A stretch of 50,051 bases of DNA from Chloroflexota bacterium (GTDB taxonomy: Bacteria > Chloroflexota > Dehalococcoidia > Lucifugimonadales > UBA3495), in the NCBI GenBank assembly GCA_022562475.1, contig JADFPD010000003.1, positions 1 through 50,051 on the forward strand. Direction: 5' to 3'. Positions within the stretch are counted from its first letter, which is position 1; each line of letters opens with the position of its first letter. This document shows, in pieces, positions 1 through 9,574 of this stretch. A program made the position numbers and the translations under genes. Below the pieces are notes generated by a model, which was not told where the DNA came from, ran no database searches, and saw nothing but the letters and a program-made list of their open reading frames with translations.

Positions 1-48
1 CATAGCCGGTCTCGGGACCTACCGGTGACGGCAAGTACGTCAACTGAT

Positions 49-83
49 AAAGAGAGGGCGCCGTGTTACGGCGCCCTCTCTTT
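49..83. terminator. Bidirectional intrinsic terminator
   Basis: Perfect inverted repeat AAAGAGAGGGCGCCGT-gtt-ACGGCGCCCTCTCTTT downstream of radC. Confidence 0.8.
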
Positions 84-260
84 GTTCTCAAGATCAAATT
101 TCGGCGGCTTCGGCCGGCTAATGGTCGGACACAACGGCCTGAATATTACCGTAGCCCTCCCAATCTGAATCGGGACAAAGGGGAGTTGGGGAGATTGCTG
201 CTAGCTAAGCTGGCACATCGATCGTCCGGCGCCTGGCAAAAGGAATCCAAACTCAGCGGC

Positions 261-998
261 CTAACTAAAACCCTGGCCGTTCTCGTTCATGCTCACGTAA
301 CGTTGCCCGCTGCCGACGATCAGGTGGTCCAGGACTTCGATGCCCAATAGCTTGCCTGCCGCCACCAGGTCCTCGGTGATGGCGATGTCGTCATCGCTGG
401 GCGCGGGGTTCCCGGACGGGTGGTTGTGGACCACGATCAGCGACGGTGCGTTATTCCGGACCGCCGGCCTGAAGACCTCCGCCGGCCGCACCACCGAGCT
501 GTTCACGTTACCCACGTATACCTCATGGGTGCTGAGCACCTCGTTACGTGTGTTCAGCAGTATCACCCTCAGGTGTTCTTGGTCCAAAGAGCCCATCTCG
601 CCGGTGACCAGGTTGGCCGCATCCTGGGGCGTGCTGATGATGATCCGTTCCTCGGGCGCCAGGGAGATGAACCGGCGGCCCAACTCCAGTGCCGCCAGCA
701 ACTGACAGGCCTTGGCCTCGCTCAGTCCCCGTTCCCCGCAAAGTTCGGTGAATGCCGCCTTGCCGAGCCCCGCCAGACCGCCGAACCGCGTCAACAGCCG
801 GGACGATAGCGAGATCACGTTCTCGCCGGTGGAGCCCGTGCGCAACAAGATGGCGATCAGCTCAGTGTTGCTCAGATGCTTGGAGCCGTACTCCACCAGC
901 CTCTCCCTGGGTCTTTCACCGGTGGGCATCTCGCGGATGGTCGGTTGGCGTGGTCTGGCGCTCTCAGTTGCGGCTGAGGTCTTCATTGAAGTCGTCAT
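261..998 (-). CDS. radC: DNA repair protein RadC (JAB/MPN domain)
   Basis: ERPRERL..G...LSNTELIAILLRTG N-terminus and HNHPSG....SDDD JAMM motif; ATG 998 has GAGG upstream (ORF track start 1061 less likely). Confidence 0.93.
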   Translation of the reverse strand: MTTSMKTSAATESARPRQPTIREMPTGERPRERLVEYGSKHLSNTELIAILLRTGSTGENVISLSSRLLTRFGGLAGLGKAAFTELCGERGLSEAKACQLLAALELGRRFISLAPEERIIISTPQDAANLVTGEMGSLDQEHLRVILLNTRNEVLSTHEVYVGNVNSSVVRPAEVFRPAVRNNAPSLIVVHNHPSGNPAPSDDDIAITEDLVAAGKLLGIEVLDHLIVGSGQRYVSMNENGQGFS

Positions 999-1174
999 CG
1001 CGTCGTTTTCCTCTGGACCGGTTTCGGGGAAGAAGCTGCCAAGCCGGAACCAAGCGCCCAACGGGCGATGGTACCGGCCCCATAGGAGTAAACGAGTCCA
1101 TTGGAGCCCAGACGCCGGATTAATTCAAGAAGCAACTGTCAATTGGACACAGAGGCAAACAGCCCAGCGGAGAG

Positions 1175-2761
1175 TTAAACGGCGACCTCGACCGCATCCA
1201 CTGGATAGAGTTTCCGCCATGCATCGATCCCGCCCGCCAGCGCGGAGGTTTCCAGACCGTGTTCCCTGAGCTGCTGCGCCACACGGACGCTAGTTGCATC
1301 GTTGGGTCAACTACAGTAGGTGACCAACTCTTGTCCCGGCGGGCAGTCTTCAGCCCATTCGAGGGCGCCATCGGGCAGCACCCGGACCGAGCCGGGGATC
1401 CTGGTCCCGTCGTGGTTGTAGCTGGCCCTGGTCCGGACGTCCAAGACAAGAGGCGGGTCCGGTTGCAAAAGGCGGTCCGACAACTCCTGGGGCGTGAGCA
1501 TGGGCACCGCGCCCTTGTGGCTACCGAACAGGCCGGCCACCGTGCTCTCGCGCTCTTCCTCCAACGTCTCCCTGGCGGCTATCCGGCCATACCAGACACC
1601 AACGGGGGTCGCCGTGCCGCCGTGAATGGCCACCGACGCCATGACCACCACTCCCACGACGGCCAATAACAGTTCAGAGCCGGGTATCCCCGCCTGCACC
1701 ACCAGCAGGGCCAACAATAAAGAGTTGAGACCCCTTGGGCCGAACCAGCTCACGAAGGCGTGGGCTTGCCAACTCATCCGCGCCCTGGCCAAGACCACTC
1801 CTAAGACCGCCGGGCGGATGGCGAAGATCACCAACGCCGCCAGGCCCAATGTTGGCACAACATCGACCGTTCCCAAGAGGCCGGATAGCACCGCTCCGAA
1901 CAGCACGAAAGCCAATAGCATGGCCATCTCGGAGGTGACTTCGCCGTATTCCAAGAAACAATCGCAGAGAGACTGGTTTAGGATCACCACCGCCAGGCCG
2001 GCGGCGAAGGCTCCCAGGAACCCGTCGCCACCCGCGGCCGTGGCCCCGGCATAAGCGGCCAACACCAGGCCCACACCGTAGAGGGACTGGTGCTCACGCC
2101 GGATGGTCATCTTCCCGTCCATCCAACTCATGACCCACGACCCCAACCCACCGATGGCGAACCCGATGGCCGGTCCCAACAGCAGCAGTTTGACCAGGAA
2201 GACACTCCAGCCGCCGATGCCGCTTCCCTGGTCGGTGGCCACGGCGATCAGCACCAGGACCACCGGCAGCACCACCAGGTCGTTCATCCCGGCCTCGATC
2301 TTGAGCACCTGCCTCACGGACCTTGGGATGCGTTCGTCGCGCACGATATCCCTGAGGACCACGGGGTCGGTGGAGGCCAGAACGGCCCCGCCGATGAAGG
2401 CCAAGATCCAGCCGAAGTTCAGGAATAATCCAAAGGGCAGGGCGCCGACGGCGATTATCAGGCCGGTGCCCGGCCCCAATATCAGGGCCGGGACCAACCA
2501 CCTTTTGCCCAGTTCCGCCACCTGAAGTTTGACCGCGTCAAGGAACAGGACCAGGGCCAGGGTCAGGGTGGCCACGACCTCTAAGAACGGCGAATGAGGG
2601 CCGACATCCAGCACATCGAAGCCTCGGCCTCCCAGCAGAAATCCCAGACCGAGGAAGATCAACGGGAACGAGAGCGGCGACCGTTCGACCAAGCCGGACG
2701 TCAGGGCAGTCACCGTCAAGACGACGGCTATCACGCCGAAGATTAGAATGAAATCGGGCAA
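1175..2761 (-). CDS. CPA1-family cation/H+ antiporter fused to C-terminal rhodanese domain; probable selenoprotein (UGA at 1307-1309, Sec485)
   Basis: Multi-TM protein with ASTDPV, KIEAGMND and WFGPRGLNS CPA1 motifs; rhodanese LVLDVR..IPGS..VTYCS continues in frame past TGA as PNDATSVRVAQQLREHGLETSALAGGIDAWRKLYPVDAVEVAV to TAA at 1175-1177. Confidence 0.85.
1276..1290 (-). promoter_or_regulatory. Candidate bacterial SECIS hairpin (GCGUC-CGUGU-GGCGC)
   Basis: 5-bp stem (one G-U pair); loop begins 21 nt after the in-frame UGA with G-U at loop positions 2-3; same loop as at 37016-37030. Confidence 0.65.
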
Positions 2762-2806
2762 CTAGCGCCTCTGCCGGAGATTTTCTTGTTCAGCCTGACT
2801 CAGGCC

Positions 2807-4444
2807 CTAGAACTTGGAGTACTCGCCTTCGTCCTTGGTGATGAACTCCAACACCACCGCCTTGCCGGCTTCGGTTTCGGCGATGCCCCGTTTGATGGCC
2901 GGAATGATGCCGGCGGGGGCGGTGATCTTCTCGGTATAGGCGCCCATGGCCTGGGCCACCTCGGAGAATTCGCCCGACAGGCCCTTGATGTTGTACTTCT
3001 CGATCGCCACCGGGAACCGGCTGTCGCTATAGATGGACATATAGGCGTTGTTGATGATGATGGTCAGCGTGGGTATGCCGCACCGGACCGCTGTCTCCAC
3101 GTCCATTCCCACCGTGCTGAAGGCCAGGTCGCCCATGACGTTGATGCACAGCTTCTCCGGGGCGGCCAGCTTGGCGCCCATGACCAGACCCAGGCTGTAG
3201 CCCAGTTGGGTAGACTTGCCCCAGCCGATGAAGCTGCGGGGCGCGCGGGCCTCCCAGAAGGGACTCATATACTCCCTGGCGCTGCCCGACTCGTGGGTGA
3301 TTATCGTGTTGTCCAAATCGACGGTGTGCATCAGGTCCCAGATCACCCGGTAGGGGTTCATGGGCACATCGTCGGAGGTCAACTTGGGCATCCACTGGGC
3401 CAGCCAGGCCTCTTTCACCGATTTGATGTCGTCTTGCAGGGCCTGGTCCTTGGCCCGGGCGCTGCCCGCTTGGCTCTTTAGCTCATCCAGCAGTTGCCGC
3501 AGCACCAGCTTTGCGTCGCCCAGCATGGCGTACTCCATTTTGAACTCCCGCCCGATGGCGTCCTCGTCGTTGGTCAGGTGAACAATAGTCTTGCCCTGGG
3601 GTATGGGCTGGGCGAAGTTGGTCTTGGTGAAGCTGCAGCCCACGCCGAAGACCAGGTCCGATCCCTTCAGGTATTTGTTGGCCATGGCGGTGGTGCTGGG
3701 ACCGCCGGAGCCAAGGGATAGAGGATGGGTCTCGGGGAAGCCGCTCTTGCCCGGCAGGGTGGTCATCACCGGGGCCTGCAGGAACTCGGCGATCTCGATC
3801 AATTCGGGGGTCGCTTCGGCGTACAGCACGCCCTGTCCGGCATGGATGATGGGGCGGTCGGCCGCCAGCAGGACCTTGACGGCGCGGCTGACGTCGGCGG
3901 GGTCGGCCTGCTGCAACACCACCCGGGGCGGCTCGTAGTTAAAGAGTTCTTCGGGCAACTCTGCGGTGGCCACGTCCGCCGGTATCTCCAGCAGGACCGG
4001 TCCCGGCCGCCCGGTGCGCAGCTTGGTGAAGGCCCGGCGCATCAGGTCGGGGATGCGCTCCACGATGTTCATCTCTTCCGACCACTTGGTGATGGTCTCG
4101 TAGCTGCGGGTGGGATAGAAGTTGGGATGGACGCCCCGCTTATCCCGGGGCATGCCGGCGGGCAGCAGCAGGATGGGGACGGACTCGGAAAAGGCCTGGG
4201 CCACGCCGCCGAAGCCGTTCTCCGCTCCTGGGCCGTTCTGCATCATGAATACGCCCATGCGCTTGCCGTTGGTGACTCTGGAGTAGCCGTCCACCATGTG
4301 GATGCCGGTGCATTCCTGCCGGAACACGATGGGGCGGATCCCGGCGATGGCCGCCGCTTCCAAGAGGGGCTGGTAGGGGACGCAGCCGATGAACTCCACG
4401 CCCTCAATACGCAGGATATTGGCGATGGCCGTGACTCCGTCCAT
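2807..4444 (-). CDS. Thiamine pyrophosphate-dependent enzyme (acetolactate synthase large subunit-like)
   Basis: RQE...HMVDGYSR, NGPG, GRPGPVLLEIPAD and GDLAF...INN TPP-binding motif. Confidence 0.9.
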   Translation of the reverse strand: MDGVTAIANILRIEGVEFIGCVPYQPLLEAAAIAGIRPIVFRQECTGIHMVDGYSRVTNGKRMGVFMMQNGPGAENGFGGVAQAFSESVPILLLPAGMPRDKRGVHPNFYPTRSYETITKWSEEMNIVERIPDLMRRAFTKLRTGRPGPVLLEIPADVATAELPEELFNYEPPRVVLQQADPADVSRAVKVLLAADRPIIHAGQGVLYAEATPELIEIAEFLQAPVMTTLPGKSGFPETHPLSLGSGGPSTTAMANKYLKGSDLVFGVGCSFTKTNFAQPIPQGKTIVHLTNDEDAIGREFKMEYAMLGDAKLVLRQLLDELKSQAGSARAKDQALQDDIKSVKEAWLAQWMPKLTSDDVPMNPYRVIWDLMHTVDLDNTIITHESGSAREYMSPFWEARAPRSFIGWGKSTQLGYSLGLVMGAKLAAPEKLCINVMGDLAFSTVGMDVETAVRCGIPTLTIIINNAYMSIYSDSRFPVAIEKYNIKGLSGEFSEVAQAMGAYTEKITAPAGIIPAIKRGIAETEAGKAVVLEFITKDEGEYSKF

Positions 4445-4514
4445 GTTTTAACTCCTCATCTGATGCGCGGGGCGTGGGCTAGCTGTGGCCCACGTGGGGC
4501 CGCGATTTCGGGCC

Positions 4515-4543
4515 AGTGTAGATTGCACGCCTAAAGGTGTCAA
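4515..4543 (-). promoter_or_regulatory. Sigma70-type promoter of the TPP enzyme gene
   Basis: TTGACA-N17-TACACT on minus strand about 70 nt upstream of the ATG. Confidence 0.65.
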
Positions 4544-4580
4544 CCGAGCCGGTAGAGCCGGGTTATGAGGGAACTGGACG

Positions 4581-5024
4581 CTAGACCTCGGGCCGAGAGC
4601 TCCAGGGGACGAATCTCGCCGGAACGATCTTGATCACCGGGCTTTGGTCGAGGTCCATCCCCTGATACTGGGAATACTTTTCACGGAGCATGGCGATGGC
4701 CCGGGCCCATTCCTCACCCGACTCCAAGAGCCCGGCATCCCCCGACACCAGCAGATACTGGAGGCGTGACCAGTCCTCTTCATAGTGGTCCACGACCAAG
4801 GACACCTGTGGGTTGGCCAAGATGTTCCGCACCCGGCGCAGCTGCCTAAGGGGCGTGGACTTGGGTTTGGCGTCCAACACCGAGTAGATGGACTCGCCAT
4901 CGAAGACGTAGCAAACGGGAATCACGTGGGGTTGGCCCTTGGCGTCGGCGGTGGCCAGGTGGCCGGTGCGCGCGGAACGGAGAAACCGGTCTTGGGCGGG
5001 GGAGAGTTTGCCGGCAGGGTTCAT
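4581..5024 (-). CDS. PPOX-class (pyridoxamine 5'-phosphate oxidase-like) putative F420-dependent oxidoreductase, Rv0121-like
   Basis: GHLATAD..GQPHVIPVCY, DAKPKS..LRRVRNILANPQVSLVVDHYEEDWSRL. Confidence 0.85.
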   Translation of the reverse strand: MNPAGKLSPAQDRFLRSARTGHLATADAKGQPHVIPVCYVFDGESIYSVLDAKPKSTPLRQLRRVRNILANPQVSLVVDHYEEDWSRLQYLLVSGDAGLLESGEEWARAIAMLREKYSQYQGMDLDQSPVIKIVPARFVPWSSRPEV

Positions 5025-5029
5025 CGAGG

Positions 5030-5953
5030 CTAGGATTCGCTGAGGAAGCCCCGGGGGTCTTCGTCGAATTCCAGTTCCTCCAACTCGATGCGGGCGGCTG
5101 CTTCAAGATTGGCGTCGCCGTCCTTGACCAAGGTCTTGAGCACCTTCTTGGCCAACGGCCCGCCGATCTTGCCCAGAGCGCCGATCCCAGCCAACTGGAC
5201 CTCTGAATCGTCATCTTCCAGCAGCAGAATCAGATGGGGGACCGCGTCTTCTTCGCCCAACTCACCGCAGGCGTGGGCCGTCTCGTAGCGAATCGTGGGC
5301 TCTTCATTCTGAAGTTCCTGAAGCAAGATGGGAAGCCAACCCACCTCACCGGTGCGGCCCATGGCAAAGATGGAACTGGCGCGAAAATCCGGGTCCAGGC
5401 TTTCGTAGGCCAGTGTGATGTGCTGGTTGATCTCCATGGTGTTGAAGGGCGCCAGGGCCTCCATGCAACGCCGCCGGACGTCCAGGGGTTCCTCTTCGTC
5501 CTCAAGCACCTGCATCAGATTGTCGTGTATCAACTCGCCGTCCCTGGCCAGCAGCTTGCCCTCTTGGACCAACAATGGAAATCTCCCCAGGGCGCTGGCG
5601 GCAGCCGACCGCACTTCAGAGCCTTTGTCCGACCTCAAAATCTCCACCAGCCCAGGGATCACCGAACGGTCTTCGTGCTCCCAGAGACCGTCCATGGCGA
5701 CCTGCAAAAGGGGCTCGTCATCGCCTGTAAGGCACAATTTGTAGATCGCCGTGAAGTCCAATTCGGGGTTGTCTTCAGCCAGTTCGACCATGGTCGAAGC
5801 GATGCTACGCTGCCGTTCGATGGGGAGAGGATGCCAAGCCGCGGCGAAGAGCTCAAGCTCCTCCGGAGAGAGGTCTGAGATCTCGTAGAAGTCCACGGCG
5901 GAGATACGGCCCGCCGGGTCTGAAACGTTCGCTAGAAAGAATTCGAAAGACAT
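5030..5953 (-). CDS. HEAT/PBS-lyase repeat protein
   Basis: Repeated units such as EVRSAAASALG, IRYETAHACGELG, EVQLAGIGALGKIG. Confidence 0.85.
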   Translation of the reverse strand: MSFEFFLANVSDPAGRISAVDFYEISDLSPEELELFAAAWHPLPIERQRSIASTMVELAEDNPELDFTAIYKLCLTGDDEPLLQVAMDGLWEHEDRSVIPGLVEILRSDKGSEVRSAAASALGRFPLLVQEGKLLARDGELIHDNLMQVLEDEEEPLDVRRRCMEALAPFNTMEINQHITLAYESLDPDFRASSIFAMGRTGEVGWLPILLQELQNEEPTIRYETAHACGELGEEDAVPHLILLLEDDDSEVQLAGIGALGKIGGPLAKKVLKTLVKDGDANLEAAARIELEELEFDEDPRGFLSES

Positions 5954-6114
5954 CTATCTTCGGTTCCTATCCTGAGTTATTGCGTCCGTTTCAGGTCCTG
6001 GCCTCGGCTTTAGGTTCGGCTTTTAAATACCCTGCCTAGTCACGTTTTCCAAGTATATCATAGGAAAACCGGGCCAAACCCAGACCTGTGCCTGGACGGT
6101 TTCAATGATGGACT

Positions 6115-7683
6115 TCAGCCTTCCCTGAGCCGCCGCAGCGCCGCCGGTATCTCCGGCAGAAGGTCCGATGCCGCGATGCCGGTATTCCCCAGCCGGGATA
6201 CGATTCCACGGCCGGCCTCTCCGTGCACGTACACCCCACATGAAGCGGCGACGGCTGGGGGCAGGCCCTGGGCCATCAACCCGCCGATGATCCCGCTTAG
6301 GACGTCTCCGGTCCCGCCGGTGGCCATTCCCGGATTGGCGAACGAGGCCACGCCGACCATGCCGTTCGGCTGGCCGATGACCGTGTTGGCGCCCTTCAAC
6401 ACCAGGGTCACGTTCCATCTGGCGGCATATTCTCGCGCCACCGCCACGCGGTCCGCCTGAATCTCCGCGGCCGAAAGTCCGGTCAGGGTGGCCATCTCCC
6501 CCGGGTGAGGGGTGAGTGTCATGGGCCCGCGGCGGCGCTCCGGCCAATCCTCGATACGGGCCAGGTTGTTCAGACCGTCAGCATCTATTAGGGCGGGCAA
6601 GCCCGACAGATCCGAAGCCCTGGAATCCACATCGTTGAACAATAGGTCCTCAACAAACTTAACTGTGCCTTCGGACAGACCCATTCCGCAGCCTACCACC
6701 ATATTCGTATAGCGCCGAGGCTCCTCGTGGAGCCTTTGGGCGGCCTCAGCGGCCACACGGCCTTCTCCGTCATCCAACAGTGGCAGGTGGATGGGTTCGG
6801 TGGACTTGGTGGCCGCGATGGGATAGACGCTCTCCGGGGTGGCCAGGGTGGTCAGTCCGGCCCCGGCCCGAACCGACGCCTGGGACACCAGATAGGCCGC
6901 GCCCACGTAGTTCCGCGACCCGGCCACCACCAGAACGTGGCCGAAGGTCCCCTTGTGGGAGTCCAGAGGCCGCTTGGGCAGATGCTCGGCCACCCAACGC
7001 CGCTCCAACAATTCCAGTTGGATGTCCGTTTCTTCTTTGAGGCCGGGCGGCACTCCGATGTCCAGCACCCGCAGCTCCCCGGCGTGCTCCGTGCCTGGGA
7101 AGTTAAGCAGCCCCACCTTGGGGTATCCGAGGGCGAAGGTAACGTCGCAGGGCACCCCCAAGGGGTCGACCTCGCCGGTATCAGCATTCAGGCCGGTGGG
7201 CAGGTCCAGAGCCAGCAGTTTGGGTGGCGATGACGCTGACCGGGCGCGAGCCAAACACTGCATGGTCTGCTTAACGGGGCCTTCCAGAGGACGGGCCCGC
7301 CCGGTGCCCAATACCGCATCTATCACCAAGGCGGACCGGGACAACAAGTGCTCCAACCCGCTGGGCGAAGTGACGTCAATCACGCGGACGCCGTATTCCA
7401 GCGCCAAGGCCATCTTGGGGTCGGGATCAGGGCGGCCGCCCACCACGAAGCAGACGACTTCGGCGCCCCAGCGCCGCAGGTGCCTGGCAGCCACCAGCCC
7501 GTCGGCGCCGTTGTTCCCGGGGCCGACCAGCACCATGACCCGCACACCGGCTGCGCCGGCCAGGTCCCGCGCTGCCTGAGCCACGGCCAGGCCGGCGTTC
7601 TCCATCAGGACATCCGTGCTGACGCCGTCCTTCTCCGAAGCCTGCTCGATGGCCCTCATCTGGGCGGTGGTAACGATCTTCAT
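6115..7683 (-). CDS. nnr: Bifunctional NAD(P)H-hydrate epimerase/dehydratase
   Basis: LMENAG, GPGNNGADG, DLPTG, HKGTFG, LTPHPGEM and ATGGTGDVLSG motifs; start taken at MKIVTTAQMR. Confidence 0.95.
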   Translation of the reverse strand: MKIVTTAQMRAIEQASEKDGVSTDVLMENAGLAVAQAARDLAGAAGVRVMVLVGPGNNGADGLVAARHLRRWGAEVVCFVVGGRPDPDPKMALALEYGVRVIDVTSPSGLEHLLSRSALVIDAVLGTGRARPLEGPVKQTMQCLARARSASSPPKLLALDLPTGLNADTGEVDPLGVPCDVTFALGYPKVGLLNFPGTEHAGELRVLDIGVPPGLKEETDIQLELLERRWVAEHLPKRPLDSHKGTFGHVLVVAGSRNYVGAAYLVSQASVRAGAGLTTLATPESVYPIAATKSTEPIHLPLLDDGEGRVAAEAAQRLHEEPRRYTNMVVGCGMGLSEGTVKFVEDLLFNDVDSRASDLSGLPALIDADGLNNLARIEDWPERRRGPMTLTPHPGEMATLTGLSAAEIQADRVAVAREYAARWNVTLVLKGANTVIGQPNGMVGVASFANPGMATGGTGDVLSGIIGGLMAQGLPPAVAASCGVYVHGEAGRGIVSRLGNTGIAASDLLPEIPAALRRLREG

Positions 7684-8010
7684 CTTAGTACCGAGATTTA
7701 GAAATAGCCTTTGCGGTGATCCGTGCGTCCTCGCTTGAACTTCCCCTCCGGCATACATTTTGCCTTCCGGGATTGCCATTTTGTCGGTCGGCGATCGGTT
7801 ATATCGACTACTTAATGTTGCATCATACCAATTCTATGCAGCAAACAGACTCTAGTCTGTACTTCCGTAGTTAATTAACTTCACCGGCAAATTCACCCTC
7901 TCCGTTGGCGTAGCGCGTTCGATCAAAGGCGCATAGGTGGGCAAAGATATGCGTATTATTCGGTCCCCGGCCTTTCGCCGCGATCCTTTCAGGAAGGGTT
8001 GTATCGCCGA

Positions 8011-9129
8011 TCAACGGATGACGGTCAATTGGTTTGCCGCCGACTCCGGCAGCCAAATCTCTCCGAGTCTGCCAAGGATCTGCCTGACATTTCCAGGGTT
8101 GCCCGGCAGGCCAAACACTTCGAATTCCTCCCTTTGCGGGTCGAAGCTTACGACTGCGTTTCCACCAAAATCGCTGAGCCACACCACGTCGCCGGCGTCC
8201 ACATAGACCGCATAGGCACGGGGTTCCGGGCCTGGCAATTTCCACTCCCGCCATTCGCCGGTGGAAGGGTCGAAAACAGCCACCTGGCCCGCGTTCCATT
8301 CGCTTACCCAGATCCTTCCTTGGGAATCCGGCCAGACCCGTCTGGCGCCCTGGTTTGGCGTTGGCGGCTCAAGAACGGTTACTTCGCCTGACTCAATGTC
8401 GATGCGTCCCACATAGCTGCCGGCCAGAGACGCAAAATATACGTCTCCGTTGGCGCCGGTCGTTATTCCGTATGGTCCTCGGCCACGCGGAGCGTTGAAG
8501 ATAGCCATCTGGCGAGACACCGGGTCCAACCGGCCATATACGCCGTTCTGCCCCGTGAACCAAAGCACGCCATCCTTGTCAAAGGTGGCGGTGTTCAAAT
8601 TCGCATTCGGATGCTGTGGTGGCAACGGGAAGACGTCCACCATGAGATCGTCCGGGTCGACGCGCACGATGGCATTCAGTCCGCCATCGGTGATCCACGG
8701 GGCGCCGTCAGGCCCAACGATCACCCCATGCGGTCGAGACCCGGCGCCCAGCGGTATACGTCGAGTCGCACCGGTCTCAGGATCGAGCCATCCAAGTTCG
8801 CCCAACCCTTGTGCGGTGTACCACACGCCGCCGTCAATGGCAGGCGCAACATCGTGAGGCCGGGAGCCCGCCGGGAGCGGGAACACTTGTAATGTCTTTT
8901 CTGAGGGGGTCCCAATTCCGGAAACCGGTTCGGTAGATTTGATCGAGGAATCAGCCGGAGATGTAGCTGAGGGACTCGTGATGTCTGTGGGCGCCGGCGC
9001 AAAAGTTGGATCAAATGGCGTCGCTTGCCCACCACATCCGATCACCCCGAGGGTAATCAGAATTCCTAGAAATATTGATGCCCTCCGTCCTGGAATGCCG
9101 CTTCGATCAATGGTTTTTTCATATCTCAT
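8011..9129 (-). CDS. Vgb (virginiamycin B lyase)-like beta-propeller lipoprotein
   Basis: Lipobox VIG-C, Ser/Thr/Pro linker, repeats PHDVAPA.DGGVWYT / PHGVIVGPDGAPWIT / PYGITTGANGDVYFA. Confidence 0.8.
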   Translation of the reverse strand: MRYEKTIDRSGIPGRRASIFLGILITLGVIGCGGQATPFDPTFAPAPTDITSPSATSPADSSIKSTEPVSGIGTPSEKTLQVFPLPAGSRPHDVAPAIDGGVWYTAQGLGELGWLDPETGATRRIPLGAGSRPHGVIVGPDGAPWITDGGLNAIVRVDPDDLMVDVFPLPPQHPNANLNTATFDKDGVLWFTGQNGVYGRLDPVSRQMAIFNAPRGRGPYGITTGANGDVYFASLAGSYVGRIDIESGEVTVLEPPTPNQGARRVWPDSQGRIWVSEWNAGQVAVFDPSTGEWREWKLPGPEPRAYAVYVDAGDVVWLSDFGGNAVVSFDPQREEFEVFGLPGNPGNVRQILGRLGEIWLPESAANQLTVIR

Positions 9130-9174
9130 ATCATGGGATTAATGCACAAACCAATGAAGTCCTTCCTGGCCGCA

Positions 9175-9543
9175 TTAATCTTCACGCTGGGCCACCACGA
9201 AGGCCACGGCGTATTCACGGGAGTGGGAGATGCTCAGGGATATCTCGCCCACCTTCAATCGCTCCGCCCGCTTCTCGGCCCGGCCGTGGAGTTTCACGCT
9301 GGGAGCGCCGCTTTCAGCACGCACGACCTCGATGTCCTTCCAACTGACGCCGCGGACGCCGGTGCCCAACGCCTTCATAATCGCCTCTTTGGCGGCGAAC
9401 CGGCCGGCGAGGTTTGGCGCCCGTCCACGGCAGTAGGCAATCTCATCAGGGGTGAAGACGCGGTCCAAGAACCGCTGGCCGTAGCGGTCCAACGTCTGTT
9501 GGATGCGGGGAATCTCGATGATGTCGACGCCTGTTGTAAGCAT
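9175..9543 (-). CDS. acpS: Holo-[acyl-carrier-protein] synthase
   Basis: GVDIIEI.RI, AGRFAAKEA..KALGTG and SISHSREYAVA motifs. Confidence 0.96.
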   Translation of the reverse strand: MLTTGVDIIEIPRIQQTLDRYGQRFLDRVFTPDEIAYCRGRAPNLAGRFAAKEAIMKALGTGVRGVSWKDIEVVRAESGAPSVKLHGRAEKRAERLKVGEISLSISHSREYAVAFVVAQRED

Positions 9544-9574
9544 CGTCCGCCCGTGATCTGATCGGGTAGGTGAT

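Noticed and set aside
1-48. End of an upstream gene or ncRNA before the terminator
   Set aside because: Too short to assign a frame or family.
8011-9129. Bona fide streptogramin resistance gene
   Set aside because: Only fold-level similarity to Vgb is visible; such propellers are widespread, and resistance cannot be inferred from the sequence alone.
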